NCBI GenBank assembly: GCA_016927995.1
Contig: JAFGLO010000001.1
Span: 1 to 57,550, forward strand
Length of the DNA stretch: 57,550 bases
Direction of reading: 5' to 3'
From: Candidatus Dojkabacteria bacterium
GTDB lineage: Bacteria; Patescibacteriota; Dojkabacteria; JAFGLO01
In this document: piece after piece, positions 48,741 through 57,460 of the stretch
Layout: each line of letters opens with the position of its first letter
How positions within the stretch are numbered: the stretch's first letter is position 1
Position numbers and translations under genes: made by a program
Notes under the pieces: model-generated
What the model was told of the DNA's origin: nothing
Database searches by the model: none
What the model saw: only the letters and a program-made list of their open reading frames with translations

Positions 48741-50051
48741 ATGGAAAATAAAAAAAACCTTATATTCAGCATACTTGGAATTATTCTTGTTCTGCTTTTG
48801 GGCGTATGCGGAGAAATCGGTTACATTAGCTACGAATTAATAAGAACGTATAGGTCATCCGAATACGCAGAGCTTGCTCTTAAGTCGGAAAAGAAAACCG
48901 ATCCCAATAACATTATCGCAGTTCCAACAACGCCCGAAGAATTACGTGCCGGATTTATGGAAGTTGCCGAACAAACTAGTAAACTACGAGAACTTCCATA
49001 TAATGAGAGTGATGTTTTGTTTCAATTTATATCAGAGTCCGAGTTAAGAGCCAAAATGGAGTCGGAAGATCCCTCAATGGAGGAAGATGCAGGTCTTGGT
49101 GACGATGACCTTTTGTGGAAAGCCTTTCGAGTAATTCCATACGAGATGAATCTAACCGAAGTTCTAAAAGAGTATTACACGCAAGAGGTTTTGGGATTTT
49201 ATGACCAAACCGAAAGTAAGTTTTATATTGTGTCAGATATTCCCAAGTTAACATTGGACAACAAAGTTACAATCTCCCATGAATTCACACATTTTTTACA
49301 AGACAAGGCGTTTAATTTTGACGCGATAGAAGCAACTATCGACCCAATGGTTGAAGGAAATGAAGATATTTACCAAGCGTATTTAGCGCTTGTAGAAGGT
49401 GATGCAACCTTAACAATGTTTTTTTACCTTCAGTCTCTTGGCATCAAGGCCTATGAAGAATATCTATCCGACATCGGATCTTCTGATATTGACATTAAAA
49501 TACCAAGAATAATCGAAGAATCTATAGGGTTCCAATATAATAGCGGAATGCTTTTCACACTTTGGCTTTATCAGGAAACTTATGATTTCTCATTAATAAA
49601 TGCGGCATTTAGTAATATTCCAAGTTCAACTGAACAAATTTTACATCCTGAAAAATATCTAGGAGCCGATCGTGATGATCCAACCCCCGTTACAATTACA
49701 GCCTCAGAGCTTTCAATAATGGAAACAACACTCGGTACAGGATTTAGGCAGGTTTACACGAAATACTCAATCGGCGAACTCGATACAATGTTAATTCTTC
49801 AAGACTTCATGGATGACGAAATTGCCAAAGAAGCAGCTGCAGGTTGGGACGGTAACGCAACTGCATTCTATTTAAAAGATGAAACCCACGAATACAGTAT
49901 ATACTGGAAATCTGTATGGGATTCCGTTTCAGAAGCTCATGAGTTTTTGGATGCTATAGATATTTATACCGAAGAAGCAGGTCATTCTAGTGTAAACACT
50001 AAGCTCGATGGCACTGTTACTCATGTTCTGATTTATGGTGATCTCAACTAG
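48741..50051 (+). CDS. membrane-anchored hypothetical protein with an HExxH zinc-peptidase motif
   Basis: N-terminal TM helix and ISHEFTHFLQD (HExxH). No other motif recognised. Confidence 0.45.
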   Translation: MENKKNLIFSILGIILVLLLGVCGEIGYISYELIRTYRSSEYAELALKSEKKTDPNNIIAVPTTPEELRAGFMEVAEQTSKLRELPYNESDVLFQFISESELRAKMESEDPSMEEDAGLGDDDLLWKAFRVIPYEMNLTEVLKEYYTQEVLGFYDQTESKFYIVSDIPKLTLDNKVTISHEFTHFLQDKAFNFDAIEATIDPMVEGNEDIYQAYLALVEGDATLTMFFYLQSLGIKAYEEYLSDIGSSDIDIKIPRIIEESIGFQYNSGMLFTLWLYQETYDFSLINAAFSNIPSSTEQILHPEKYLGADRDDPTPVTITASELSIMETTLGTGFRQVYTKYSIGELDTMLILQDFMDDEIAKEAAAGWDGNATAFYLKDETHEYSIYWKSVWDSVSEAHEFLDAIDIYTEEAGHSSVNTKLDGTVTHVLIYGDLN

Positions 50052-50092
50052 AGTGAAATTTTAAGAGTAGTTGTGTATAATTATAATGTTTG

Positions 50093-50166
50093 GCCAGGAT
50101 AGCTCAGTTGGTTAGAGCACGGGACTCATAAGCCCGGGGTCGTGGGTTCGATTCCCACTCCTGGTA
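50093..50166 (+). tRNA. tRNA with CAU anticodon (elongator Met or lysidine-dependent Ile2; not initiator-like)
   Basis: Acceptor GCCAGGA/TCCTGGT (G1-U72), D arm GCTC-AGTTGGTTA-GAGC, anticodon loop CT-CAT-AA, T arm GTGGG-TTCGATT-CCCAC. C11-G24 and an A31-G39 mismatch argue against an initiator. Confidence 0.85.
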
Positions 50167-50329
50167 GTATTGTTTAGTTCTTTAATACTGACTCCAGGAG
50201 TGGGATATACCCTTCACTTGATCCTTATTCGTTTGACTAACGTCAAACTGCTTAAGCCGAGTACGGTATATCTCGGCTTCTCCTGGGAGTTTTACGGTTC
50301 ACGTAAAGGTTTTACTTTGCACAAAGAGA

Positions 50330-51529
50330 ATGACAGCCCACGAATATCTTAAAACAACAATTTCCTTCTGGAAATACAAAGGATCAAAATACACGAAAAT
50401 TCTTAAGGAAAGGCTTGCCACCTTATATAGTTCCGCTAAAGAGATTTTTATATATGAAAACGGGCGGACTGCACTATATGAATACCTTAAATCGCTAAAC
50501 CTTCCAAAGGGCTCAAATGTTGCCGTAACAGGATTTACCTGTAACGCGGTAATCAACCCTATTCTTTGGCTCGGATTAAACCCTTTATATATTGACATAG
50601 ATCCCAATACGCTAAATATGGATCCAGCAGATCTTCGTAAAAAGATAAATCCCGATACTAAAGTTATTATTGCCCAGCACAGCTTTGGGAATATGGCCGA
50701 TATGGACTCAATTCTTGAAATTGCAAAGGCAAACAACATAAAGGTCATTGAGGATTGTGCACATGCGTTAGGTATCAAAAAAAACGGTAAACTGCTAGGA
50801 AGCTTTGGAGATGCAGCTATGTTAAGCTTTGGAATTGAAAAAATTCTTTCAACAAGGGTCGGCGGCGCCTTAGTCGTAAACAAAACTTACAATCCTTCGA
50901 TAAACAACGGATATCAAACCCTAAATGAGGTTAGCTATCTTGATACATTTCTTTGGCTAATAAATCCATTAATTTGGGTATTGATTAGAAAGCTTGGCAC
51001 ACTAGGATCCAAGTTGGCAAAGCTGTTAAGATCCTTAGGAATTATCAATATGGGGTTTAATAATGATGAACTTAAGGGGAAAAAGCCACACAAATACCCA
51101 AGAAAATTATCAAATGCTCTATCAATGGTGGTAGTCAAGGAGCTTGATCAGCTTACCGACAACCTTGACCACCGAACCCTGATTTCCAACATTTATGAGA
51201 ATAAAATTTCGAATAACAAAATACAAACACTGCGGCTCAAAAACCATGCATTTGTTAAATTCCCAATTATCATGGAAAGTTCCCAAGAAAAAGATCGCAT
51301 TGAATCGCTTCTTGTTAAGAATCGTGTTCCCATAAAGGACTGGTACAGCAAGGTTGTTTATCCATCAAAAGTTAACCTAAACGCAATGAAATATGTAAAC
51401 GGAACCTGTCCTGTTGCCGAATCCATAACAAAACGAATTCTAAACCTGCCTACCGGAAAAGGTATTATGGTAGAATATGCGGAATCAATTGTTAGACTTT
51501 TAAACAATAATGATAGTTTCAGAAATTAA
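50330..51529 (+). CDS. DegT/DnrJ/EryC1/StrS family PLP-dependent sugar aminotransferase
   Basis: VAVTGFTCNAV, IIAQHSFGN, EDCAHALG and SFGIEKILS (PLP-lysine region) fit the family pattern. The long ORF on the opposite strand is a shadow. Confidence 0.75.
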   Translation: MTAHEYLKTTISFWKYKGSKYTKILKERLATLYSSAKEIFIYENGRTALYEYLKSLNLPKGSNVAVTGFTCNAVINPILWLGLNPLYIDIDPNTLNMDPADLRKKINPDTKVIIAQHSFGNMADMDSILEIAKANNIKVIEDCAHALGIKKNGKLLGSFGDAAMLSFGIEKILSTRVGGALVVNKTYNPSINNGYQTLNEVSYLDTFLWLINPLIWVLIRKLGTLGSKLAKLLRSLGIINMGFNNDELKGKKPHKYPRKLSNALSMVVVKELDQLTDNLDHRTLISNIYENKISNNKIQTLRLKNHAFVKFPIIMESSQEKDRIESLLVKNRVPIKDWYSKVVYPSKVNLNAMKYVNGTCPVAESITKRILNLPTGKGIMVEYAESIVRLLNNNDSFRN

Positions 51530-52541
51530 AGACCGCTCTACCTGGGACGAGTTCTTGCGGAATTGTTCATACAACTATTTTTTGCAAACGTGGGAGTGGG
51601 GTGATTTCAACGAACTAATGGGTACAAAAGTCTTTAGACTTGGATTTTACGATAACAGTAAACTTGTTGCTGTCTGTCTTGGATTGGAAATTAAGTCCAG
51701 ATTTGGAAACTATATTTATTGCCCCCGTGGCCCAATATTAGAATGGGAAAACGAGAAAACAAGAACCGATGTTATCACCACTTTGGTAGATTTCTTTAAA
51801 ACCAAGGGTTACTTTTCACTAAGGATCGACCCTGCCATTAAAGAATCAAGCACCGAGATCACATCAACCATTAGGTCAACCGGCTTTGTAGATGCAGTAA
51901 ACTTTATACAGGTAGAAAGGTCATGGATGCTCGATATTAATGGCAAGTCGGACGATGAGCTTTTTTCTGGAATGCGTAAAAATACCAGGTATTACATTAG
52001 ACGTGCTCAAAAGCTGGGCGTAACCGTAAGAGTATCCGACAAACTTGAAGATCTTGATACGTTCATAAACATGATCAATCAAATGTCCAAGCGAAAAAAC
52101 TTCCATGCACTTCCATCTGAATATTTTAGGAACCAGTTTAATATTCTAAACAAGGCAGGTATGCAAAAGGTGATTGTTGCTGAATACAAGGGTAAAACCA
52201 TAGCAACAGCCCTTATCGTCTTTTACGGAAACGAGGGTTCATACCTGCACGCCGCTTCATCAGAAGAAAACGGATCACTTCAGGCCCCTTACCTTTTACA
52301 ATGGGAGGCAATAAAACACGCTCGAAGCGTTGGGCTTTCTCGCTATAATTTTTGGGGTGTTGTAAAAGACTCCGATTATCACCCAGGACACCCCGGTTTT
52401 GGTTACAGCAACTTTAAAAAAGGATTTGGCGGCTACCTGGAAGTTTACATGCGTACAAAGGATTATGTGTATAAACCCTTTCAGTACAATCTTTTTAAGA
52501 TTCAGGAGCTCTATCGGTTAACACAAAAAAAGGGAGTTTAA
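51510..52541 (+). CDS. FemAB-family aminoacyl-tRNA-dependent peptidoglycan peptide-bridge transferase
   Basis: FLQTWEWGDF, MRKNTRYYIRRAQKLGV and YLHAASS...APYLLQWEAIKHA are typical FemX/FemAB motifs. The gene overlaps the upstream gene by 20 nt. Confidence 0.8.
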   Translation: MIVSEIKDRSTWDEFLRNCSYNYFLQTWEWGDFNELMGTKVFRLGFYDNSKLVAVCLGLEIKSRFGNYIYCPRGPILEWENEKTRTDVITTLVDFFKTKGYFSLRIDPAIKESSTEITSTIRSTGFVDAVNFIQVERSWMLDINGKSDDELFSGMRKNTRYYIRRAQKLGVTVRVSDKLEDLDTFINMINQMSKRKNFHALPSEYFRNQFNILNKAGMQKVIVAEYKGKTIATALIVFYGNEGSYLHAASSEENGSLQAPYLLQWEAIKHARSVGLSRYNFWGVVKDSDYHPGHPGFGYSNFKKGFGGYLEVYMRTKDYVYKPFQYNLFKIQELYRLTQKKGV

Positions 52542-52598
52542 CCTACAGCACTAATTGACACAACCGTAATCCCCACCTATTATTAGGTACAGTCTAAT

Positions 52599-53111
52599 TT
52601 GTTTTTACTACTTGTGGCAAAACCAACAAAACACGCACCGACAATTTGCACAATCCTAAGCGTACTGGCGGTAATCGGCATAATATTAAGCGTCATTCTT
52701 AAAAGTCCGCTACCCGTAATTTTCTTGCTACTGCCAACAATTGTCTATGAAGTGTATAGAACCGAGGGTGAATCAACCAAAACATCGTCGATTATTATCT
52801 TGATTGTTCTTATTCTTGAACTAGTACTTATTATTTTTAAGATTGACGTTGATCTTGCCAAACTTTTGGGACAGGAAAGTCAATATATTGCAGGATACGA
52901 GATACCCCTGGGAACCTTAACGGTAATCGGACCAACGGTTATGGCAATTCTTTCAGTGATTTTGTTTACCCGCACACGCGGGGTATTTACAAAATGGCTT
53001 GCCGTAAATATATTTATTGGATCATTTGCAATTATTTATTCACTCAACTCGGAAGCCGTTCAGGCATTATTAAAGATTGCAATTCAGAAGGTACTAGAAA
53101 ATATATCCTAA
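52599..53111 (+). CDS. hypothetical membrane protein (about 5 TM)
   Basis: 170-aa hydrophobic ORF with a non-ATG (TTG) start in the track, so the start is uncertain. Confidence 0.4.
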   Translation: MFLLLVAKPTKHAPTICTILSVLAVIGIILSVILKSPLPVIFLLLPTIVYEVYRTEGESTKTSSIIILIVLILELVLIIFKIDVDLAKLLGQESQYIAGYEIPLGTLTVIGPTVMAILSVILFTRTRGVFTKWLAVNIFIGSFAIIYSLNSEAVQALLKIAIQKVLENIS

Positions 53112-53188
53112 AAGCGCTAATCGAAACTAGGTCGCAATTGAAATCTTGGTTTTGCAGCAAGCAACGTTAATATTGTATTTTTCCTTGA

Positions 53189-53779
53189 TTACTTTTTGGT
53201 CGAGGTCTTTTTTGTAACCTTTTTAGCCGACGTTGACTTTGTCTTTTTCTCGGTTTTCTTGGCCGGTTTGCGTTTTATAATAATTGTTTCGGAGGAAATC
53301 TCTTTTGATGAATCTTTAATAGCTTCATCAACACTTTTATTCGAGGGTTTCTTTGAAACATTTGCCGATAACAGTTTTAATATCTTGTCGAGTTTTTCAC
53401 TTATTGAGTTAAGCTGACCACTTGTTTCACCGGATTGTGGCCTATTCCCGCCTGAACTACCTCTTGACCAATCCCTACGTCCACCGTCACCACCTGATCT
53501 ATCATCGAAACGACGATCTCTGCCACCGAAGGAACTTCTAAAACTGCCTCTGTCGGAATCAGGTCTTTTGTTGGAAAAACATTCGCTACAATATACAGGC
53601 TTGTCACCTGATGGATTAAAAGGAACCTTACATTCCTTTCCACACTCTGCACAAATAGCGGAATGCATGGTTACAGGACCGGAACTTCTTCGGCCACCTC
53701 CCCTAGAAAATCGATCACCTCCGGATCTATTTCCGCCACTAAAACGACCACGGCCACCACTTCTATTAAAATCTCTCAT
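53189..53779 (-). CDS. RGG-rich protein with a CxxC-x17-CxxC zinc ribbon and a Lys-rich tail (probable nucleic-acid binding)
   Basis: N- and mid-region RGG/GGR repeats, CAECGKECKVPFNPSGDKPVYCSECF, and a C-terminal KKTEKKTKSTSAKKVTKKTSTKK. Confidence 0.55.
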   Translation of the reverse strand: MRDFNRSGGRGRFSGGNRSGGDRFSRGGGRRSSGPVTMHSAICAECGKECKVPFNPSGDKPVYCSECFSNKRPDSDRGSFRSSFGGRDRRFDDRSGGDGGRRDWSRGSSGGNRPQSGETSGQLNSISEKLDKILKLLSANVSKKPSNKSVDEAIKDSSKEISSETIIIKRKPAKKTEKKTKSTSAKKVTKKTSTKK

Positions 53780-53943
53780 CTTTTTTTATCGTAAACTTAA
53801 TGATACATTTTGCAGTATATGCTTTATTTGCATAAAAAACAAGACCTGTTGAAAATTTTGTGGGGATTAACACAGGGTAAACAAAGTGAATCTTAAAGTC
53901 CAAAGATCCATCTTTTTCATGTTTTTCATAATTGCTATCCAAA

Positions 53944-54717
53944 CTAGACTACTTCTTTAATAAACTTTTCAAAAGTTTTTTCGGACATTAATTCATGTGT
54001 TTTGAATTCTCCATTGTAATAAATCCCCAATGTTCCAAAAGGGCTTCCCTTTAATTGTGCTTCCTTATAATCTTTTAGGTGATTAACATTACAAGGAATC
54101 TTCCTACTTCTACAAATGTTTGATAACAACTCCACATATTCTTCCATGAATGGACACTGATTTGAGTAAATAAAAGTAAACCCCTCTTTATCATCACAAT
54201 TTCCTTGTTTTGCGTTTTTCGTAAATTCGGGATTCTGAGCGTTTTTATTAAACTTTAATGCTAGAAGTTCAAAGTAAGGTGGGGCAGAATCAATAACTTC
54301 AAATCCTTTATGTAGATAAAACCTTTTATCCGTCAAGAACGGTTTTACTTTTGTGCTACTAACAACCACAATTCCATCCATCTTTCTCTTTTTTGCATCA
54401 TTTATACATTCATTTAATAATTCTGTTGAGATACCCTTCCCTTTGAACTTTCCTGAAACCCACAAACAATTAATGACCATAAAGTTTTTTCCAATTATTG
54501 GTTTCCATGCTTTTTCAATTGGCATGTACTCAATAAAAATTTTCCCTCTATCATTTAGTCTTTTGAAAACTAAACCATCTTTGAACCTTTCTTTCATCCA
54601 GTTCTTTTTTGTTAAGGCTCTGCTTTGATTAGCTTTATCATTTCCAATAGCACAACAAATATGCTCTTGATCTATGTTATTTTGATCAACTGTAATGATT
54701 TTAACCGTATTTTCCAT
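53944..54717 (-). CDS. GNAT N-acetyltransferase with a YoaP-like C-terminal domain
   Basis: GNAT acetyl-CoA motif VSGKFKGKGISTELLNECI. The overall layout and N-terminus (IDQEHICCAIG...) resemble Bacillus YoaP-type proteins. Confidence 0.65.
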   Translation of the reverse strand: MENTVKIITVDQNNIDQEHICCAIGNDKANQSRALTKKNWMKERFKDGLVFKRLNDRGKIFIEYMPIEKAWKPIIGKNFMVINCLWVSGKFKGKGISTELLNECINDAKKRKMDGIVVVSSTKVKPFLTDKRFYLHKGFEVIDSAPPYFELLALKFNKNAQNPEFTKNAKQGNCDDKEGFTFIYSNQCPFMEEYVELLSNICRSRKIPCNVNHLKDYKEAQLKGSPFGTLGIYYNGEFKTHELMSEKTFEKFIKEVV

Positions 54718-55215
54718 TTATAGATTAACTTCAAAAATAAGTTTGGTTATTTCCTGGGTAAAGGTCTTAACATTATCCGTTGCAATATTAAAAAGTTTTT
54801 CACAATCATCATAATTCACTTTGTCGAATAACCTTTCTTTTAAAACATAATCGAATCTATTTGGATCCGGAGACATTGTATATTTGTGCTTTACCTTAAT
54901 TAATTTGCCGTGGTAACTGATCTGTATCTTACGATTCATTCCGGACAGCCAAATTTCATATTCAAACTTGTCGTGTATAAAGGCAATAACAAATTTCAAA
55001 CCTTTTGATTGTAATGCATCACTTGAAAACTGAAAGTAAGAATAATCCATATTATTTTCAACAATATTTCCTGTAAATTTATACTCAGTTAAATTATCGG
55101 CTAAGTATGTTCTAAAGCCTCTAAAGAATTTAACAAATTCCTGATATCCCTTTTGCAGATTAGTGGTTTGAATAATTTTCTTATAGTCTTCTATAAATTT
55201 TGTGTTGATTTTCAT
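54718..55215 (-). CDS. hypothetical protein
   Basis: 165-aa ORF packed with no gap against its neighbours. No motif recognised. Confidence 0.4.
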   Translation of the reverse strand: MKINTKFIEDYKKIIQTTNLQKGYQEFVKFFRGFRTYLADNLTEYKFTGNIVENNMDYSYFQFSSDALQSKGLKFVIAFIHDKFEYEIWLSGMNRKIQISYHGKLIKVKHKYTMSPDPNRFDYVLKERLFDKVNYDDCEKLFNIATDNVKTFTQEITKLIFEVNL

Positions 55216-55682
55216 TAAGAAATGCTACTTTTTTCCCAAGAAATTAATCTTTTACCAAGCTCCTTTAAAGCACCACTTTTAATTACGATAGCTTCCATTT
55301 CGAATACGGATGCATACATATTCAATAAGGCAAGAACATCTAGAACCGAACGATATCCGGATAACCCAGAGACATCGATATACATCTTATTAAAGTTAAT
55401 ATCGAAGGATTGTGCCCGTTTAATGTCGTATACATCAAGTGTTTCGAAGTGAATTTCCGGATACATTTTCCGGGCACGTTCAATACACTTTGGGCTAATA
55501 TCGGTTGCAATAAGTTGAGAGCATTTTGGATAGATAAGCTTAGAAGTTGTTCCCCATTCGCAACCTATCTCAAGCACTTTGTCTTTTTCTGAAACATAAG
55601 TACTTATTGATTCACGATATTCTTCAACCCCTCGTGTTCCCACGAAGAGCGTTCTTAGTTTGTATTGCTTTTCATTTGCCAT
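55215..55682 (-). CDS. small class I SAM-dependent methyltransferase
   Basis: Motif I VLEIGCEWGTT, followed by an acidic residue in LIATDIS (motif II). 155 aa. Confidence 0.6.
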   Translation of the reverse strand: MANEKQYKLRTLFVGTRGVEEYRESISTYVSEKDKVLEIGCEWGTTSKLIYPKCSQLIATDISPKCIERARKMYPEIHFETLDVYDIKRAQSFDINFNKMYIDVSGLSGYRSVLDVLALLNMYASVFEMEAIVIKSGALKELGKRLISWEKSSIS

Positions 55683-55707
55683 AATTTTGTCAATAAACTA
55701 TTCTTGA

Positions 55708-56358
55708 CTATCGAAGCTCTTTATTAAAACCGTACATATACGATAGTATAAAAATATAGATTTCCAAAGAAAAAATGTTGATTCTCTCGGTAACACCTAA
55801 AATATTCCAATTATTAGAAAGGACTATGGGATTAAGCAGACCGGACAAAGCGATTAGTATAGCAAATCCCAACGTTATATAACCAATTTTTTTCATTTTG
55901 TCTTTTTTTAAATATCCATAGGACAAAAGAAACATTGATGTAAGAACCAAGATAACTATAGCAACGGTTACAAATATATGCATAAGATTACTAAATGTCA
56001 TTTCTGCTTTATTTCCTTCCAAAGGGAATAAAGAGTATCCAATGTTTGATATAATCATTAATATTAAAAAGAAAACATATCCCAATTGGGTAATCTTACT
56101 ATACTTTTCTTCACGGGATTTCATAATCATGCCAATAAAAAAGATAATTGCGCAAATGCCCGAAAAAATTGAAAACATTGATAGCAATTCTGCATTTGGA
56201 GCTCCTCGGGCTGTTAGAGAGCTAATATCGGTTGTAATCCAATTATATTCTTTCCAAAGATATTGACCTAAGAAGACATGTATAAAATAAAGTAAAACAC
56301 TAACCATGCCTAGTTTCAAAATTATTTTTTTTGTTACTCCTCTCTGAATGCTTACCAT
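55708..56358 (-). CDS. hypothetical integral membrane protein (about 6 TM, DUF998-like)
   Basis: 216-aa ORF with six evenly spaced hydrophobic helices. Confidence 0.45.
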   Translation of the reverse strand: MVSIQRGVTKKIILKLGMVSVLLYFIHVFLGQYLWKEYNWITTDISSLTARGAPNAELLSMFSIFSGICAIIFFIGMIMKSREEKYSKITQLGYVFFLILMIISNIGYSLFPLEGNKAEMTFSNLMHIFVTVAIVILVLTSMFLLSYGYLKKDKMKKIGYITLGFAILIALSGLLNPIVLSNNWNILGVTERINIFSLEIYIFILSYMYGFNKELR

Positions 56359-56441
56359 TTTCTATTCTACACTAAAAAAACGTTTTTCAGAATTGCGTCT
56401 AATCTCAATATTCCCTACCCAGCCTAACTGACCCCTCATTA

Positions 56442-56474
56442 TTTATATTTTTTACATTGTTTATATTTTTTACA
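56442..56474. repeat. tandem direct repeat, 15/15 nt at 18-nt period
   Basis: tttatattttttaca occurs at 56442-56456 and again at 56460-56474, in the 412-bp region upstream of the 55708-56358 gene. Confidence 0.8.
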
Positions 56475-56713
56475 AAGTCGCGGTTTTGACATTAAACTTT
56501 TCAAAAATCTGAGGTTTCCAAAGAACAGAGCCGATTTTGAATCAACTCTCTCATCAACATATGTCAGATACTATCACGCCTATGATTGAATCTCCAATCG
56601 GTCTATAAGAGGAATTGCTTAACTGGTTAAAACAGGACTATCGCTTGAAATCTTAGCTAAGCTTTAGGTAACTTTCCCGATATTGTTAAGTAAACGATAT
56701 TTGATTAATTTTT

Positions 56714-56748
56714 TATAAAAAAAGAGGTAGTCAATATAACTACCTCTT
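56714..56748 (-). terminator. rho-independent terminator of the 56771-57460 gene
   Basis: On the minus strand a 9-10 bp stem (agaggtagt / actacctct, 56723-56731 / 56739-56747) with a 7-nt loop is followed by T7 (plus-strand A run 56717-56723). It lies 23 nt after the stop codon. Confidence 0.75.
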
Positions 56749-56770
56749 CTAATTCACGTTGGTTTTGGGA

Positions 56771-57460
56771 TTAGTTATTTCCCTGTTGCTGAATCCCTTG
56801 ATCAGTAACGTTTTGCTCATTGTTCGAATCATTGTTTTGATTCTGATTTTTCTCTTGTTCTTGATTATATTGTGTCCCATCATTTTTGTTATGCTCTTGT
56901 TCAGTTTCTTGAATTTTGACTCCTGTCTCATCTTCGAAATTCTTTATCTGATTTCGAGTTTCTTCTGAATACTTATTCTGAACTTGTTTTAATCCCTCAG
57001 AATTTGAGTTATCTCCATTTGATTTCAGTTTTATTTGTATTTTGTTCATCGTTTCCTCGTGAATCTGAAATTTTGCCTGTAATTTTTCCATTACCTGCTG
57101 TTGCTCCTGGGTTTGAAGCTTGTTTTCTATTCTCAATTGATTCATTTCCTGAAATCTTTCCTGCAGTCTTAGTTGTTGTGCTTCTACCTCAGAAATTGAT
57201 TCTGAAACAGCTTCGGAATTATCGCCTTCACTTAATTTCTCCAACTCGAGAATTCTTTCATCCATGATTGCCATTTCCAGTTCAGCTTTGTTTACTAGAG
57301 AGGATGTGAATGTTCTTTGAACACTTTCCACGGTTTTATCTAAACCGTAAAGAAAATCACCTGGATTAGCAGAATCAGAAGCATAAATTGTACCTGTTCC
57401 TGCTCCAAGTGTTGCAACTATCGATACAATCGATATTATTACTTTGAGTTTTGGATTCAT
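56771..57460 (-). CDS. secreted Gln/Asn/Glu-rich coiled-coil protein (DUF5667-like N-terminus)
   Basis: Signal/anchor peptide, then PGDFLYGLDKTVE (resembles the DUF5667 motif), then a long Q/E/N-rich low-complexity helix. Confidence 0.45.
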   Translation of the reverse strand: MNPKLKVIISIVSIVATLGAGTGTIYASDSANPGDFLYGLDKTVESVQRTFTSSLVNKAELEMAIMDERILELEKLSEGDNSEAVSESISEVEAQQLRLQERFQEMNQLRIENKLQTQEQQQVMEKLQAKFQIHEETMNKIQIKLKSNGDNSNSEGLKQVQNKYSEETRNQIKNFEDETGVKIQETEQEHNKNDGTQYNQEQEKNQNQNNDSNNEQNVTDQGIQQQGNN

